The translations under genes and the position numbers were made by a program. A DNA stretch of 64,000 nt from Octopus sinensis (Eukaryota), in NCBI RefSeq assembly GCF_006345805.1, contig NC_043007.1, forward strand, positions 4,092,001 to 4,156,000, read 5' to 3'. The notes below the pieces were generated by a model that worked only from the letters and a program-made list of their open reading frames with translations, was not told the origin of the DNA and did no database searches. Every line of letters starts with the position of its first letter. Position 1 is the stretch's first letter. This document shows positions 26,503 through 38,690 of the stretch, piece by piece.

Positions 26503-26610
26503 GGTATTTTCATATAAGCTTAAAGCTTATGGTGGTCACTGTGCAATGACTAAGGAAAATAGTCTAAGAAAGGGGCATATAAACCCTCAACAGAAAAAAA
26601 GAAGGATTTT

Positions 26611-26681
26611 CTATCCGTGTGGGAGTCGAATCCACATCCCTTTGTTAACACAAACTAAGTGTGTTACCATTCACACTGAAA
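26611..26681 (-). pseudogene. Degenerate tRNA-like sequence (tRNA pseudogene or solitary SINE head)
   Basis: About 70 nt on the minus strand. Acceptor TTTCAGT/ACGGATA pairs 5 of 7, D-like arm GTG-AATGGTAA-CAC, T arm GTGGA-TTCGACT-CCCAC. A T7 run lies shortly downstream. The anticodon arm does not fold canonically. Confidence 0.35.
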
Positions 26682-26708
26682 GCATATATATATATATGCA
26701 TACATATT

Positions 26709-26890
26709 CATCATTATCATCATTTAACGTCCATTTTCCATGCTGGCATGGGTTGGACGGTTCGACTGGGGTCTTGGAAGCCAGGAGGCTGCACCAGGCT
26801 TCATTCTGATCTGGCAGTGTTTCCACAGCTGGATGCCCTTCCCAAAACCAACCACTCCATGAGTGTGGTGGGTGATTTTTACGTTCAACC
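26709..26890 (-). mobile_element. RTE LINE 3' tail
   Basis: CATCATTTAACGTCCATTTTCCATGCTGGCATGGGTTGGACGG...GCTGGATGCCCTTCC. Confidence 0.8.
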
Positions 26891-27079
26891 AGCACGAACT
26901 ATATGATGAAAATCCAGAGTTATTCATGGTCTGTGAATTTTTATCAAAAATGGTAATTCATTAATGAAAACATTAATGCAATATGAATTAAGTGTTAAGT
27001 CCACTTCTGTTCAGACTCACAAAGTAGCAGTATCACTTAGATAGCAGGTGCTTAAACATGACACTGAAATATCACTCTG

Positions 27080-27480
27080 ATTATTTTGTCTAAGTCCAAG
27101 CTGTCTTTTTCTAATTAAAATTATTAATAAATAAATAATAATAAATAAATCATTAATAAATGGTATCACTGAATTCTAACTTGAATTATTAGCTTTCATT
27201 ATGCTTGAAAATTCAAGGAAGGAAAAATCCAGAGAAAATCACATGATAGAACACAAACTTAAACACATATGGTGCAAACAAGAAGTCTTTGACAGAAAGT
27301 TCAGACAAAGAGTGCTTAGTTCCAGCATTTGACTCCAAACAACAACACTGTTTGAATTGTAGTTTTGTGGGATTTAGGATTTGGCAACTGTTGTGGATAT
27401 TTTTGGAGCTTAAGAAGGAAACAGCATAGTCCAACTTATCTGTAAATAACAAACACATGATTAACAAATATTTCTTTAGC
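27080..27480. repeat. Unclassified dispersed repeat, copy 1 (homologous to 38285-38690)
   Basis: Shared blocks GTCCAAGCT.TCTTTTCTAATTAAA, TATCACTGAATTCTAACT, AAGAGTGCTTA.TTCC and TTGAATTG.AG.T occur in the same order in both copies. Confidence 0.6.
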
Positions 27481-27941
27481 TCATGGTGTGTATTCAAATC
27501 ATACGCAAATAAAGCTTGGAGCTAGATGACATCTATTTGGCTAACTTGTTCTCGAAACTCAGTGTGAAAACAATCTTCTGAAATGATACCTTTCTTTGTA
27601 ACCTGGTGTATTATGGAATTTAAATATGAAAGGGATAACAGCCATTCAAGATTGTTTTTCTTTTCTCTGTTTTTGTATCAGTTAAGAATATGAGGCTTCT
27701 GGGACAAAAGTACCAAGATGGTGGTATTCTTACATGTTTAGTGAAAGAGAGCATTTCATTTGGGTATTGTTCAGTAGATGATATAACGAGAAAAAGTTAA
27801 TGAAATATAGGGTCCTTGTCATTGAATTCAAACATCAAAGGTCAGTGATGCACAGTCTTATACTAAAGAATTTGGCACTTATGTTACTATGTTTTGCTAA
27901 GTAAAATGTTATCTGTTGTAAATCAGTGACTACAGAGAAGA

Positions 27942-27945
<4 letters not shown>

Positions 27946-27982
<37 letters not shown>
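27946..27982. repeat. (GA)n microsatellite
   Basis: GA run. Confidence 0.95.
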
Positions 27983-27984
<2 letters not shown>

Positions 27985-28079
27985 AGTTTCTGACCTCTGT
28001 GAGCCTGGTGAGATTAATTCAATGGAATATTGGTTTAAACAACTACAAGTTGGCATCTGTAGCAAAAATGTGGGTAAGA

Positions 28080-30200
28080 AAGGAATGCAAGAAGGTTGAC
28101 ATTCTGAGGAGGAAGGATTGGGAATTATGGTTAGTGCAATACCTGGATTAGATGAGGTTCAACAAGTAATAGGAGAGCTTGGGTGGAGCTAATCTGAATC
28201 TAGCTAGCTGTGAGGAGCAGAGGTCATTGTGATAGTGGTAGAAAGGGAAGAGTGAAGAGACAGTGTGATTGTAGGTTAGAGGTAGGAATGAGCCCTTACC
28301 ACTCAGCCAGATGATTCCCTTTTGATTGTGCTCTTAGATGTTTTTGTGAGTTACTGCAGCACTATCCTAGATGCCAAAGCAGTAATTTCATTTCAGTACT
28401 TTCTGTTTTTAAAGAGAAAGATTAGTCTTTGGGACAAAGTTTTTACTTTGTATGCAAGATTATCATGAAAGATTACCAGTGACCGTTTGGCTTGGCATTT
28501 GTACTGAACTGAGTTTCTTTGCCATATGTGAGGATAAAACAGAAGGTTCTAATATATGCAGTGATTGCATTGTTTTGCCATTGAAGGAGATGAGGTTGTC
28601 ATGTCTCTATTGTCTTTATTCATGGAGGCAATGCAGATTTGTTGTGTGCCGTCTAGACTGGATATAAATATTGCCTGTGTATGGAAGATTAATAAGGAAT
28701 GACAGGTGTATCATCTGCTAGGAGTGAGCATCATTTGAGATGATGCTGCTAATGTGCAAGACAAAGCATGTTGGTAACATAAATGATTCTTGGAACACAT
28801 CAGAGTTGCTATTGTATGACTTAGAGAGAGCTCTGCTTGCATGTGCTATATTCATGTAATCTAATAGAAAATTTTCAAGCCAAGAGATTAGAGGGAGATG
28901 GAGTTCGTAAGCAGAGAGTTTTATCAGAAAGTATTTGTGCCATACACACTCAAGTTCATTACTTACATGAAGTACAATGATATTGTTTTCATCCAACTTT
29001 TCAATAGTGAACAACTTCTGGTGAGTGATGTAGAAGAGCAGGTCTATGGTAGATCTGACACTATATCGATCTGGCACTATATAAGATATACTGGGGATTA
29101 GTGAGGAAGGAGAGGGTGGTTGTTAACAAATGTTTCTCTCATTTTCAGATAGTGGAAGAGAGCAATAAGCTAATAGTTAGTTGGGGTGAGAGAGTTTTCC
29201 CTTCTTGGATATTGGACATATTGTGGTATGTTTCAAAGATCAAGACATGTTGAAAGAAACTGAAGAATTTGACAAGGATAGGGACTAGTTCTAGGATGCA
29301 CTGTTTAAAAGGACAGAAGGGGTTTGTTGTCTTACATGAATTGCATAGGGAATAAGTAGAAAGCTGATGAGATTGTATGATGTTTCTAAGATGTGCTTTT
29401 CATTTGTGCTGCTGCAGAGCTAATATGTGTGAATCATTTGAGTGACTTTCGATTATGAACTTTGGATGTGAGAGGGATGGACATACATGTCTTAGAGGAT
29501 AGTATCAATCATTTGATTTGCTTGTTTTGTCTTGGATAGGTCAGGGGTGAGGCATATATGCTGCCAGGAAAAGTTAGCATAATGCCATAGGGTGTGGGTG
29601 GTGGGGCTGAGACACTAGGAGGACAGAGGGGTGGTTGACCCTGGGTGGCACTTTTATGGTGGTCTGCTGTAGGCTATAAGCCTATATAGGCTGTATTGAA
29701 ATCAAATGATAGTGGTTTTAATGTAGGGACATGGACACTACTCGCCATTAAATACAAGAATCGATATAATTACTGTGCATTATGTATTTTTTGTGGTGTC
29801 CTGGGGACAGTAAACTGAAAGGCCACCCCGGGTGGCAAACACTCTAGCTACACCACTGGGCTGAGATTAGGGTTAGGATTTGAGACAGCAGTCAGATGTT
29901 CTGATGGGTACAGGGGCTATGATTTGTTTATAGAAACTGTGTTTGGAGGTGAGAAAGAAATCAAGTGTATTTGGGTTGTCTCTTGGTTGCATATGCACAG
30001 AGCGAAGGGTACTAAAAGTTGTAAAGAATTAAGAATTGCAAAATATTTGGGGGCAGTGTGAGAGCCTAGAAAAATTGTGGCCATTAAAATTATTGGAGTC
30101 AACGATTTTGGTGGGAGGTGAAGTGAAATCGACGTCCTTGATACAGAACTAGATATGTTCTGAGAGTTGTAAGTTGTTGGAGGATTATGTAATGTGGCAG
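28080..30200 (-). mobile_element. CR1/Jockey-type LINE ORF2 remnant, interrupted by a MITE
   Basis: ORF 28718-29077 gives RSTIDLLFYITH...LHVSNELECVWHKYFLIKLSAYEL...ISWLENFL...SDVFQESFMLPTCFVLHIS (cf. RST.DLL...LDISKAFDRVWH..LL.KL...GVPQGSVL.PTLFLL.IND). Near 29200 it reads ICPISKKGKLSHPN. The outer boundaries are approximate. Confidence 0.75.
29613..29858. mobile_element. hAT-like MITE with 8-bp TSD
   Basis: GGCTGAGA at 29605-29612 and 29859-29866. The right end TAGCTACACCACTG is the reverse complement of CAGTGGTGTAGCTA. The left TIR is degraded. Subterminal CCCTGGGTGGCA / CCCCGGGTGGCA motifs are present. Confidence 0.65.
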
Positions 30201-30793
30201 AAGCAGAAGATGTATTCTATTTATTCTTGATAATTGACTGACTCACCCATTAAGTATTCAATACATGTTTAAGACATATACCTTGAGTAGGTAATCATGA
30301 AATACTATTATAATGCATACTCAAAACATTTACTTAGGAAACACTCCAACCATTGATACATTCTTATATCACATGATACTTATTAATATGATACATTCTC
30401 ACATCATAAAATTAATACCTTAGTTTATTATGATTCATGCTTTTAAACATACTTTGGATGCATATTTAAAGTCTAGTTCATGGACATAGTGGACACTATC
30501 ATCAAAATCCAATTGCACAATACCTCTGTACTTCCATTGGTGTTATATGCAAAAGTAATGAAGAAGAAAATGGAAAATCACCAAAAAGCTGAATGTTTTA
30601 CACCAAAGTTGATTGAGGAAAATCTTGAAAATTTAATTCCATGTTCAAAATAGGAAATTTTAAGAAGAGCTTTGTCACAAAGACTCCAAGAAATAGTAAT
30701 GGAATAAAGAATGCAACTGGTAAGTCAAATCTTGTGGTAGCCAGATTATTATAAAACTACCAACGCAGAGAAGGTGGTGGAGACCATGAGCTA

Positions 30794-30975
30794 CTTCTCT
30801 TTCTCTGTCTCTTCCTCTCTCTCTCTCTCTTCTTCTTCTTCTTCTTCTTCTTCTTCTTCTTCTTCTTCTTCTTCTTCTTCTTCTTCTTCTTTTCTTCTTC
30901 TTCTTCTTCTTCTTCTTCTTCTTCTTCTTCTTCTTTTCTTCTTTTCTTCTTCTTCTCTCTCTCTCTCTCTCTCTC
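30794..30975. repeat. Polypyrimidine tract: (CT)n-(TTC)n-(CT)n
   Basis: About 180 nt of almost pure pyrimidine, including about 40 TTC units. Confidence 0.95.
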
Positions 30976-31229
30976 AAACTTTTCCAGATGATTTGAAAGC
31001 TGAAATAGACACTGATAAAAACATAGAACATACCCCCAATCAATAACATGAGAGGGGAACCACTAACTGATACACGAACATGTGCAAGGTGGACTAACAA
31101 AAATGCTGCACATATTCTTCTCATGCTCATAACGATTACACACTCGCACAATCATAGCACGTGCACCCTCTACAATTTTAGTAAATCATACAAGCATTTA
31201 AACAACAGTTGATTTCTTACTCATGCAAA

Positions 31230-31400
31230 CTGTCACAAATATTTTAAAGAGCGAATGAGATGATGTGACATTCAGGACTCTTCTGAATGTCAGTGTCTCA
31301 AGAATGTCATACTATGTCTGAAGAAAAGATCATGGCTAAATGGCTTTGATTATAGGTCTGCTTGATTGGACCTGACCCGAGGCCTAACAACAAAAAACAA
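31230..31400 (+). mobile_element. Family E retroposon 3' end with (AAC)n tail
   Basis: TGGCTTTGATTATAGGTCTGCTTGATTGGACCTGACCCGAGGCCTAACAACAA. Related copies lie at 45830-46930 (+), 44885-45020 (-) and 57700-57870 (-). Confidence 0.6.
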
Positions 31401-31546
31401 CAACTGGTAATTAATTAACATTGAAACTATTACCAAGTATTAGAACTGAGATCGTATAAAAAAATGGTGCTCTTTTAGGAATCAATTCTGAAAATTAGCT
31501 GAAGAATTCTGAAACACACACACCTGCACATGTGCATGCACACACA

Positions 31547-31586
<40 letters not shown>

Positions 31587-33249
31587 CTATCTGCCTAGAA
31601 CAATTTAATAATCTGTACATAATCTTTGCCAAAAAAAATGTACAGGCGTGTGCACACATGCACACACACACACTTACACACACACACAATGTATATATAT
31701 ATATATCAACAAGAAAAATAACTAAGGTTTAAGCATGAGAGGAATAATTGATTTTTGCTTCATAAAGTCAATGTAGGGGTAATTGATTTTATCTTATAAA
31801 AAGAAACAAAACAGAAAATACCTTGTGAGAGAAAGAAAGCTATGTAATGAAAACCACTTGCCAAGCCCTAAGCAGTGAACGTGAAACAGGTAGAAACTGA
31901 ACTAAACTATCAATCTCTTATGATGTTGGCTTAGTACTGTATCCTATTCATACATTTGCATAGCAAATATATTGATTTATTGCATGTGTGTATGCATATA
32001 TATAAATATAAACATATCCATCTGTATGTGTATATATCTGTCCATCTGTCTCTCTCTCTCTCTCTTTGTGTATTCAATTACCCATATATCTTCCTTATGA
32101 AAGAAGGAGTTGAACGTGTGTTTGCTCCAAAGCTGTTGTGTCAGCAACCTGGTTTTGCCTCCCAGTCACTGCTATTTCACTTTATTATACAAATTATTCA
32201 AATGTGGTATATAATTAAAACATTAAATGGCTGTATTTTTCGTCTGAATTTCCATAATCAATGGTATTCATCTATGGATAATAGGCCTATTGACTTTAGC
32301 AGTTGGGAATAGGAGTTACATAATTCATACTTTTCCCAAAATCATTAGGACATAAATAAAATCCTTTTATAGTATACCAATGTACAGTTGACTAATTTAG
32401 CAGAACTTTTCACAAAAGGATCATTTGCCTCTGTTAGCCATCCTGCATAGATGGTAAATTATACTGGAACACTACTAACCATTTGTTTCAAGTTGTGTAG
32501 GCATTCCAACCATGATCATCCCTTCACTCTGTGTATCAGAGACCACTGTCCAATATATTCATTTCCCTCTATTTATTTAAAACAGTTTAATGTGGTTTGT
32601 GATTTGGCTGCTGTTTCTTGTAGGTTTAGTGACTGCATATAGGTCCCCTCAGTACTCATTTCTGCATCCTGTGCTCTTACTGTCGGCATCTCCCAACAAC
32701 ACAGATTTTACAGATAAGCAGATGAAACCATTGTCATAATTCCTTGCTGTAAGCAAGTGATAGTATTGTGGAATTGACAACCATTTAGTTGACTTGTTAT
32801 TCCAAGTTTAATTTCTCCTACTGGAAATTCTACGCTGCCTACAATAGATTAGCATCCCATTTAAAAGGAGATTTGTTTTTCATCTGCTTAAGGCTACAGA
32901 AACAACAGATAAGCATCAACTCTATGAATCCCGATTTGGATAAAGATCAGCATTTTTAGTATATAAGAGATAAATTCCCCGTCCCAACTTGACAGGCTGA
33001 CAGTCTATTGTAAGTTACAATTCTTGAAAATTAGATCTGCTAATTACTGAAGATAGCCAGGTAAACTCTGTATAGAATTAATGTACTGCCTAACACACAT
33101 AACAAAAGCTTGCAGTGGATTTCATCTTAACACCTGGGTGTTGAAACGAAATTCCATGAACAGAAAGACCAATACCTCACCATTTCTCTTCTGAATGTTA
33201 TCCAAACCCAATCACTTTAACACATGGCTCTCTATCATCTATTTAAATC

Positions 33250-34290
33250 AATTAACTATGCTTAATAAGCTTAATGGTTTAGCAGTTTGTTCAGTTGATG
33301 TTAACTGAGCTTTTTCATCCTCATATCTAATCCATGCTGTGCTTCTCCCTGCACGAATTAGATAATGTGCATTTGTGAGAAATGTTGTCGTATCATTCTT
33401 GTAGTGAACCATTTGTTCAGCCTCATAAAAAGGTTTTACTGCTAGTCTTAATTGTCTGCTTAATAATTTCTCAGCTAGAGATAACTGGCATGTACCAGAT
33501 GCACTGTTATGGTTGAAAAGAATCTTTAGCAAATACTCATCAAAGTTTGCAATTGATGGACTGTAATCTTTTAATGCAGATTTGACTGCTTGCACAGTTC
33601 TTTATTCTGCTCTATAGATCTTAGACTATAGATAGAACTATCAATATTCTTGCAACCAAATCAGTTTAATAAGTCCTTTATTGAATGAAATCTGGCTCAT
33701 TGTCTGATAGTATTGTTGCTGGAATGCCAAAACTAGAAAATAAGAAAATAGACATATCCTTACCTTTTCGAAGTTTCTAATGGAATATAAAAGAGTTTCA
33801 CTCTAAATAGTAGCTGCATCAGCTTTAATGAAAGCATATTCCCAACATTTCAAACATATCTCCACTCCATATATAATCTTTCCTAGGGCCATAATTCAGA
33901 ACATTTATCAGCACAAGGAGTGCTTTTAAATCTGATTTAATGCACATATCTTAAGATTGGATAAATTCTTATGTATCTCTGTCAAGATTAGGCCACAAAA
34001 TAAAAGTCTTTGCTTTCTTTGGTGTCTGTTGTACACCCATGTGTATGCCAAGGATCATAGAAATAACTTTTACACAATAAGGGTTAAGAATAGATAAGCT
34101 GAGATCATTCTCTATCATAATTTCAGATGAATGTCTAGCAAATTGTTGAACGTGTTGTCTTAAGGGAGGTGGGTGCTCTCCATTGGTGAAAGGCAACAGC
34201 AGTTGGACATCCACATTCATATCTGTTAAAAAGGAATAGATATGTTATTGCTTGGATTCTCATTGCTCTGCATGCACCAAGAGAATTCTA
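33250..34290 (-). mobile_element. Ty3/Gypsy LTR retrotransposon integrase remnant
   Basis: GIHMGVQQTPKKAKTFILWPNLDRD (integrase Zn-binding region, cf. H.GH.G..K.K..AR..V.WP.IDKD), FGIPATILSDNEP (cf. FGIP..IVSDNGP) and QAVKSALK...LAEKLLSRQLR (cf. SPAELL.GR.LR), in colinear order. Confidence 0.8.
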
Positions 34291-34428
34291 GCCGAGACCA
34301 ATCTTTGCCAGGAATGCATTTTTTTTAAGTAAATATAATTAGTGGATATGTTAAAAGGATTTTTAAGGTCTTCAACTCTGATAATCAGCAAAAATTAATT
34401 TATCATTTCTTATATCAGAATTTGTAAA

Positions 34429-34720
34429 GGTGCGTGGCTTAGTGGTTAGAATATTTGGCTCATGATTGTAAGGTCAAGAGTTCAATTCCTGGCAACATGC
34501 TGTGTCCTTGAGCAAGACACTTTATTTCATGTTGCTCCAGTCCACTCAGCTAGCAAAAATGAGTGGTACCTGTATTTCAAAGGGTCAGCCTTGTCACATC
34601 CTGTGTCACACTGAATCTCCCCAAGAAATTTGTTAAGGATACATATGTCTGTGGAGTGCCCAGCCACTTGCACACTAATTTCACAAGCAGGCTGTTCCAT
34701 TGATCGGATCAACTGGAACC
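34429..34720 (+). mobile_element. tRNA-derived CORE-type SINE (family F)
   Basis: A-box GGCTTAGTGGTTAG, B-box GAGTTCAATTCC, CORE-like GTGTCCTTGAGCAAGACACTTTATTTC and a distinct 3' region. A partial minus copy lies at about 53650-53760. Confidence 0.8.
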
Positions 34721-36477
34721 GAATTTAATGCTTTTGTAAAAAGAGAAAAAAAGAGACATTACTACCAAAATGAAACATATGATAGTCTGCTAAGCAAATC
34801 AATTTCGCTGATGGCAAATACAAGGTATATAAGTGATTCTGAAATCATATTGTGATAATATGAGAGTCCACCTGTCAATCCACTAAGAAGTTCAATAAGA
34901 GACATTGAGTTCCCTTGAAAATATGAGCTGCAGAAATGAACTGTCTTCAGTGTGAAAGATTTCTTCATAAGAAAATGTCTTAATCTTTCAATACACTATA
35001 TTTTTACAATTTAAGTTTCATGTTCAATATTAGTTCAGATGGAATACTAACAAAGGTATTACTAACATATGCTATGAGATTGCCATTTTGAGACATTATT
35101 CCAACTGCTGCAAATCCAGAATTTTACTGAAAAGGATGTTATGTAAGAATTTCTTTTGTCTTCTTGAAGACCTTTTCTTGATGTATTTCCCGAGTAAAGA
35201 CATTTTTTTTTTTTTTTTTGCTATGAGAAGAGGCTCAACTATGTCTGTAAATTTTAATAACAGTGTATCAATACCAAATATTTCTCAATTTCTTCTTTCA
35301 GTTTGGAAACATTAATCTGTTAATTAGATTAAATGATGATTTGATATCTTTCTTAGAAACAGTCAAAGCAAGGAAACCTATGGAAGATGCATGATTAATT
35401 CATTTATTTATATTAAATGATACATTGACTGTGTTCAGTCTAGCAATAACAGCTCTTTCTTGATTCTACCATTTACTCTGGGTTGATACAAAGATAAGTA
35501 TGTCATCTTAATAGATAATCATATTAATAATTATTTTCCATTTAGTCTCTATCTAGTACTGGAAAATACAGTTACTGTTTTTGTGGCTCTCCTGAAGTCT
35601 GTTGACTAAGTGTATATCATTTATTTTTCACGCAGTCCTTTGAGTCCTCATTCACACCAATTTGATGTTAAATCATTTGAGAAAAAAAAACTTTATTCAT
35701 TGCATATCTGTGAACATTGTTTCAATTTGAATAATTGGATGAAAATAAGTTTGACTTTTGTTATTTAAATGTGCTTTATAACGAGCACACATGATTAATT
35801 TATTATCTTTCTTTTGCACCCGAATGACTGGTGATGCATTCTTGATATCTTCATAAAACATGGTGCTGCAGTTCTCATTATTTCAAGATTGTTAAGTTTA
35901 TTTTCCTTTTTTGATGTGTACTGGAACTGGGTATGCTGAACACATCTTACTTTTGGTTGTATCTGCAGATCAGAAACATATTAGCATGATGTATCTGGCA
36001 GGATATCTTCACCAATTAATCCAAAGTTATAAGGAGTGTTAATCACAACAAAGCCAAAATAATCTTTTTATTGCCAGAGTGAAGCAAAGTTTTTGTAATA
36101 GCAACTGCATGTAATTTTGAGCCATCATATGAAGTTAAATGTCTATCAGTTGGTTTGATAATTAGCAACAAGACTGAATGATAGACAACACTGCAACATT
36201 ATTCACTTGCATTTTAACAGGGTGTCCCATTCAATTTACTAGTAACCCTTTATAAATTATCATTTGTTTTACAATGAACAGTGAGAGCTATTTGTTCAGA
36301 CTGTTTAGGATTCAACAGACTTAATAAAACTGAATAGTTTTGACCTGCAGAGTTTGCCGAAATGGCGAAATTTATTGCAGATAAAATATTTATTTCCATA
36401 TACAGGACAAGACATTGGAGGGTATGATGAGTCACGGTTACTACAATCTTTAATCTGGTTTTGCCTTGTTACTTTTT

Positions 36478-36512
<35 letters not shown>

Positions 36513-36825
36513 TGTTTAACGTCCGCTTTCCATGCTGGCATGGTTTGACTGAGTACTGGCAAGCCAGGAGACTTCACCAGGCTCCAATCTGATCTGGCAA
36601 GGTTTCTACAGCTGGATGCCTTTCCTAGTGTCAATCACTCCGAGAGTGTAGTGGGTGCTTTTTATGTGCCACAGATACAGGTGCCAGCCAGGCAGCATTG
36701 GCATTGACCACACTCGAATGGTGCTTTTTACATGCCACCAGCATGGGAGTCAGTCAGTCAGGCAGCACAGGCAACAACCACACTCGAATGGTGCTTTTTA
36801 CATGCCACTGGCATGGGAGCCAGTC
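36478..36825 (-). mobile_element. RTE LINE 3' end with tandem units
   Basis: (CAT)n, then GTTTAACGTCCGCTTTCCATGCTGGCATGG, plus repeated CACTCGAATGGTGCTTTTTACATGCCAC units. Confidence 0.8.
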
Positions 36826-38048
36826 ACTAAAATTTTCCTCATGAGAATCCTTGTTAGGGTAAAATACTTATTAATTACATTTAGCAGTGCTACAGATTTA
36901 AAAGCTAATGTTGGCTATGGCTGCACCATTTCAACAAAGCTAATTATATTTGAGTTGAATGCTTCAAGTGAGGATTTTAGCCAATTGAGGATCTTTATTT
37001 TTCACTTAGCACAATGATTAGAATTGAAGATCTATAGTGTTGTGTTTATGGTAATTAACTAAGTCTAAAACATCAAGTAAATAAATTCATGTTTTTGGAT
37101 GTCTTTTATATCTGTGTATGATGGTTCATCTTTGTTATTGAAGTGGAACACCAAAAAAACCTAATTTGAGATAGAAAAACAAGCCTGTGATATTCACGTC
37201 ACTTGTTTATGGCAGATATGTATATATTGATGCGAGAAGAAGAAATGTCGAGAACATTACAAATATAACACTAGTGGAAGTTATAATCTCATCAGCCTTT
37301 TCACTCCACGCTTGCCCTAAATAATATGTTGTGGTTGATTCCGATTCTAATACTAATTAAACCTCTAAGGATTCTTGTGGAATCAACTCTTGAATTACGG
37401 TAATGCTTTCCCTCTGTAAATCCTTCAATCCTGTTAGAAACTAGAAGTTTCAAAGAAGTGCATTTAGTCCAGAACAAAAGATATGAAAAAAAATATCAAA
37501 AAAAACTATTGCAAAATGGACGAAACTTAATGATAGGATGTAATGGCTATTGGTCTACAATGTGGATGTAGTTTTTATCTGTTGTTAATTTTCACCTCCT
37601 GTAATATCAATGTCACCTGCCCAGGTACGTTGGATATAGGTAAGTTGATTACATGTAGGAGCTTTCATATATATATATATTTACAAGGTATCAATTCTTG
37701 GGAAGCAGTTTCCTGTCTCGGAGCTGAATTTGTGTCCCAGTTGTCTCAGTAACTTGGAAGCTACACAACAATCATTGGAGAAAGCATTTAAAATGTTCCT
37801 TCCTCTCCTCCATTGATGTAATCAAAGTTGTATTGCCCTGCTGATCTGCATACCTTGTGGTCTCATCACTCATCCTGGAAAAAAAAAACTCTTTAGGGAA
37901 AACTTGAAGAAAATACTCAATGGGCTTTTAAGTTCAAAGGTTTTGAAAGACCCACATCACTAATAAAATATCTATGCAATGATCACTCCATTTTGATATA
38001 AATTCCAGTTAGAATCACATAGCTACTGGTGTGTATAGGTGACGTTAA

Positions 38049-38270
38049 CCTGTTTGTTACCATATTTCTACTGAAATACACTGCCTTTGCTTCTGTTAAT
38101 TCATAAACTAATGAGGAATTTGTCAAAAGAACTTTGTCATTTTTAAGCTGGTTCTTGTAACATAAATTAATAGGAAATTTTAATGGAAGTTTTTAATTGT
38201 GAACACTTTAAACCTAGAAGATTTTATCACAGAATCAAAGGCAATCTCAGGTAGGTTGGTACCAAAAAGG
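38049..38270. mobile_element. piggyBac-like MITE (TTAA TSD), diverged copy
   Basis: TTAA at 38045-38048 and 38271-38274, imperfect TIRs CCTGTTTGTTACC / GGTACCAAAAAGG, and similarity to 49288-49499. Confidence 0.65.
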
Positions 38271-38284
38271 TTAAATGTTTAAAT

Positions 38285-38690
38285 ATTTTCTCTGTGTCCA
38301 AGCTCTCTTTTCTAATTAAATCATCATTAAAAAATAATGATAGATGAATATCACTGAATTCTAACTCACCACTTAAGGTATTATCCACCATAATACTTGT
38401 AAATCAAAAGAAGCAAAAAATCTGAATTCACTCAAATAACCTGTAAAAAAGTAAATGTATGTGGTGTAAAGAGAAAGTGAAAGTCTTTTGGTGAGAAGTC
38501 CTTTCTAAAATGAGGTTAAACTTTGTTTCTTGCAAAGAAGAGTGCTTATTTCCTGTTTTTCAGCCCTGAACAACAATAATACTTCTTGAATTGCAGCTAT
38601 GTGTGGTTCAGGATTCAATGACATTTGTGCTTACTTGTGGACTTTCTAAGTGAAATAAATTAGCTATCTATAATAACCATGGACATACCT
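38285..38690. repeat. Unclassified dispersed repeat, copy 2 (homologous to 27080-27480)
   Basis: Shares the same colinear blocks as copy 1. Confidence 0.6.

Noticed and set aside
30675-31151. 158-aa poly-Lys/Arg ORF and 90-aa poly-Ser/Leu ORF
   Set aside because: Products of the (TTC)n/(CT)n tract.
38370-38440. Minus-strand exon with good acceptor and GTGAGT donor
   Set aside because: It has a stop in the frame that would follow the 39237 donor, and it lies within a dispersed repeat also present at 27080-27480.
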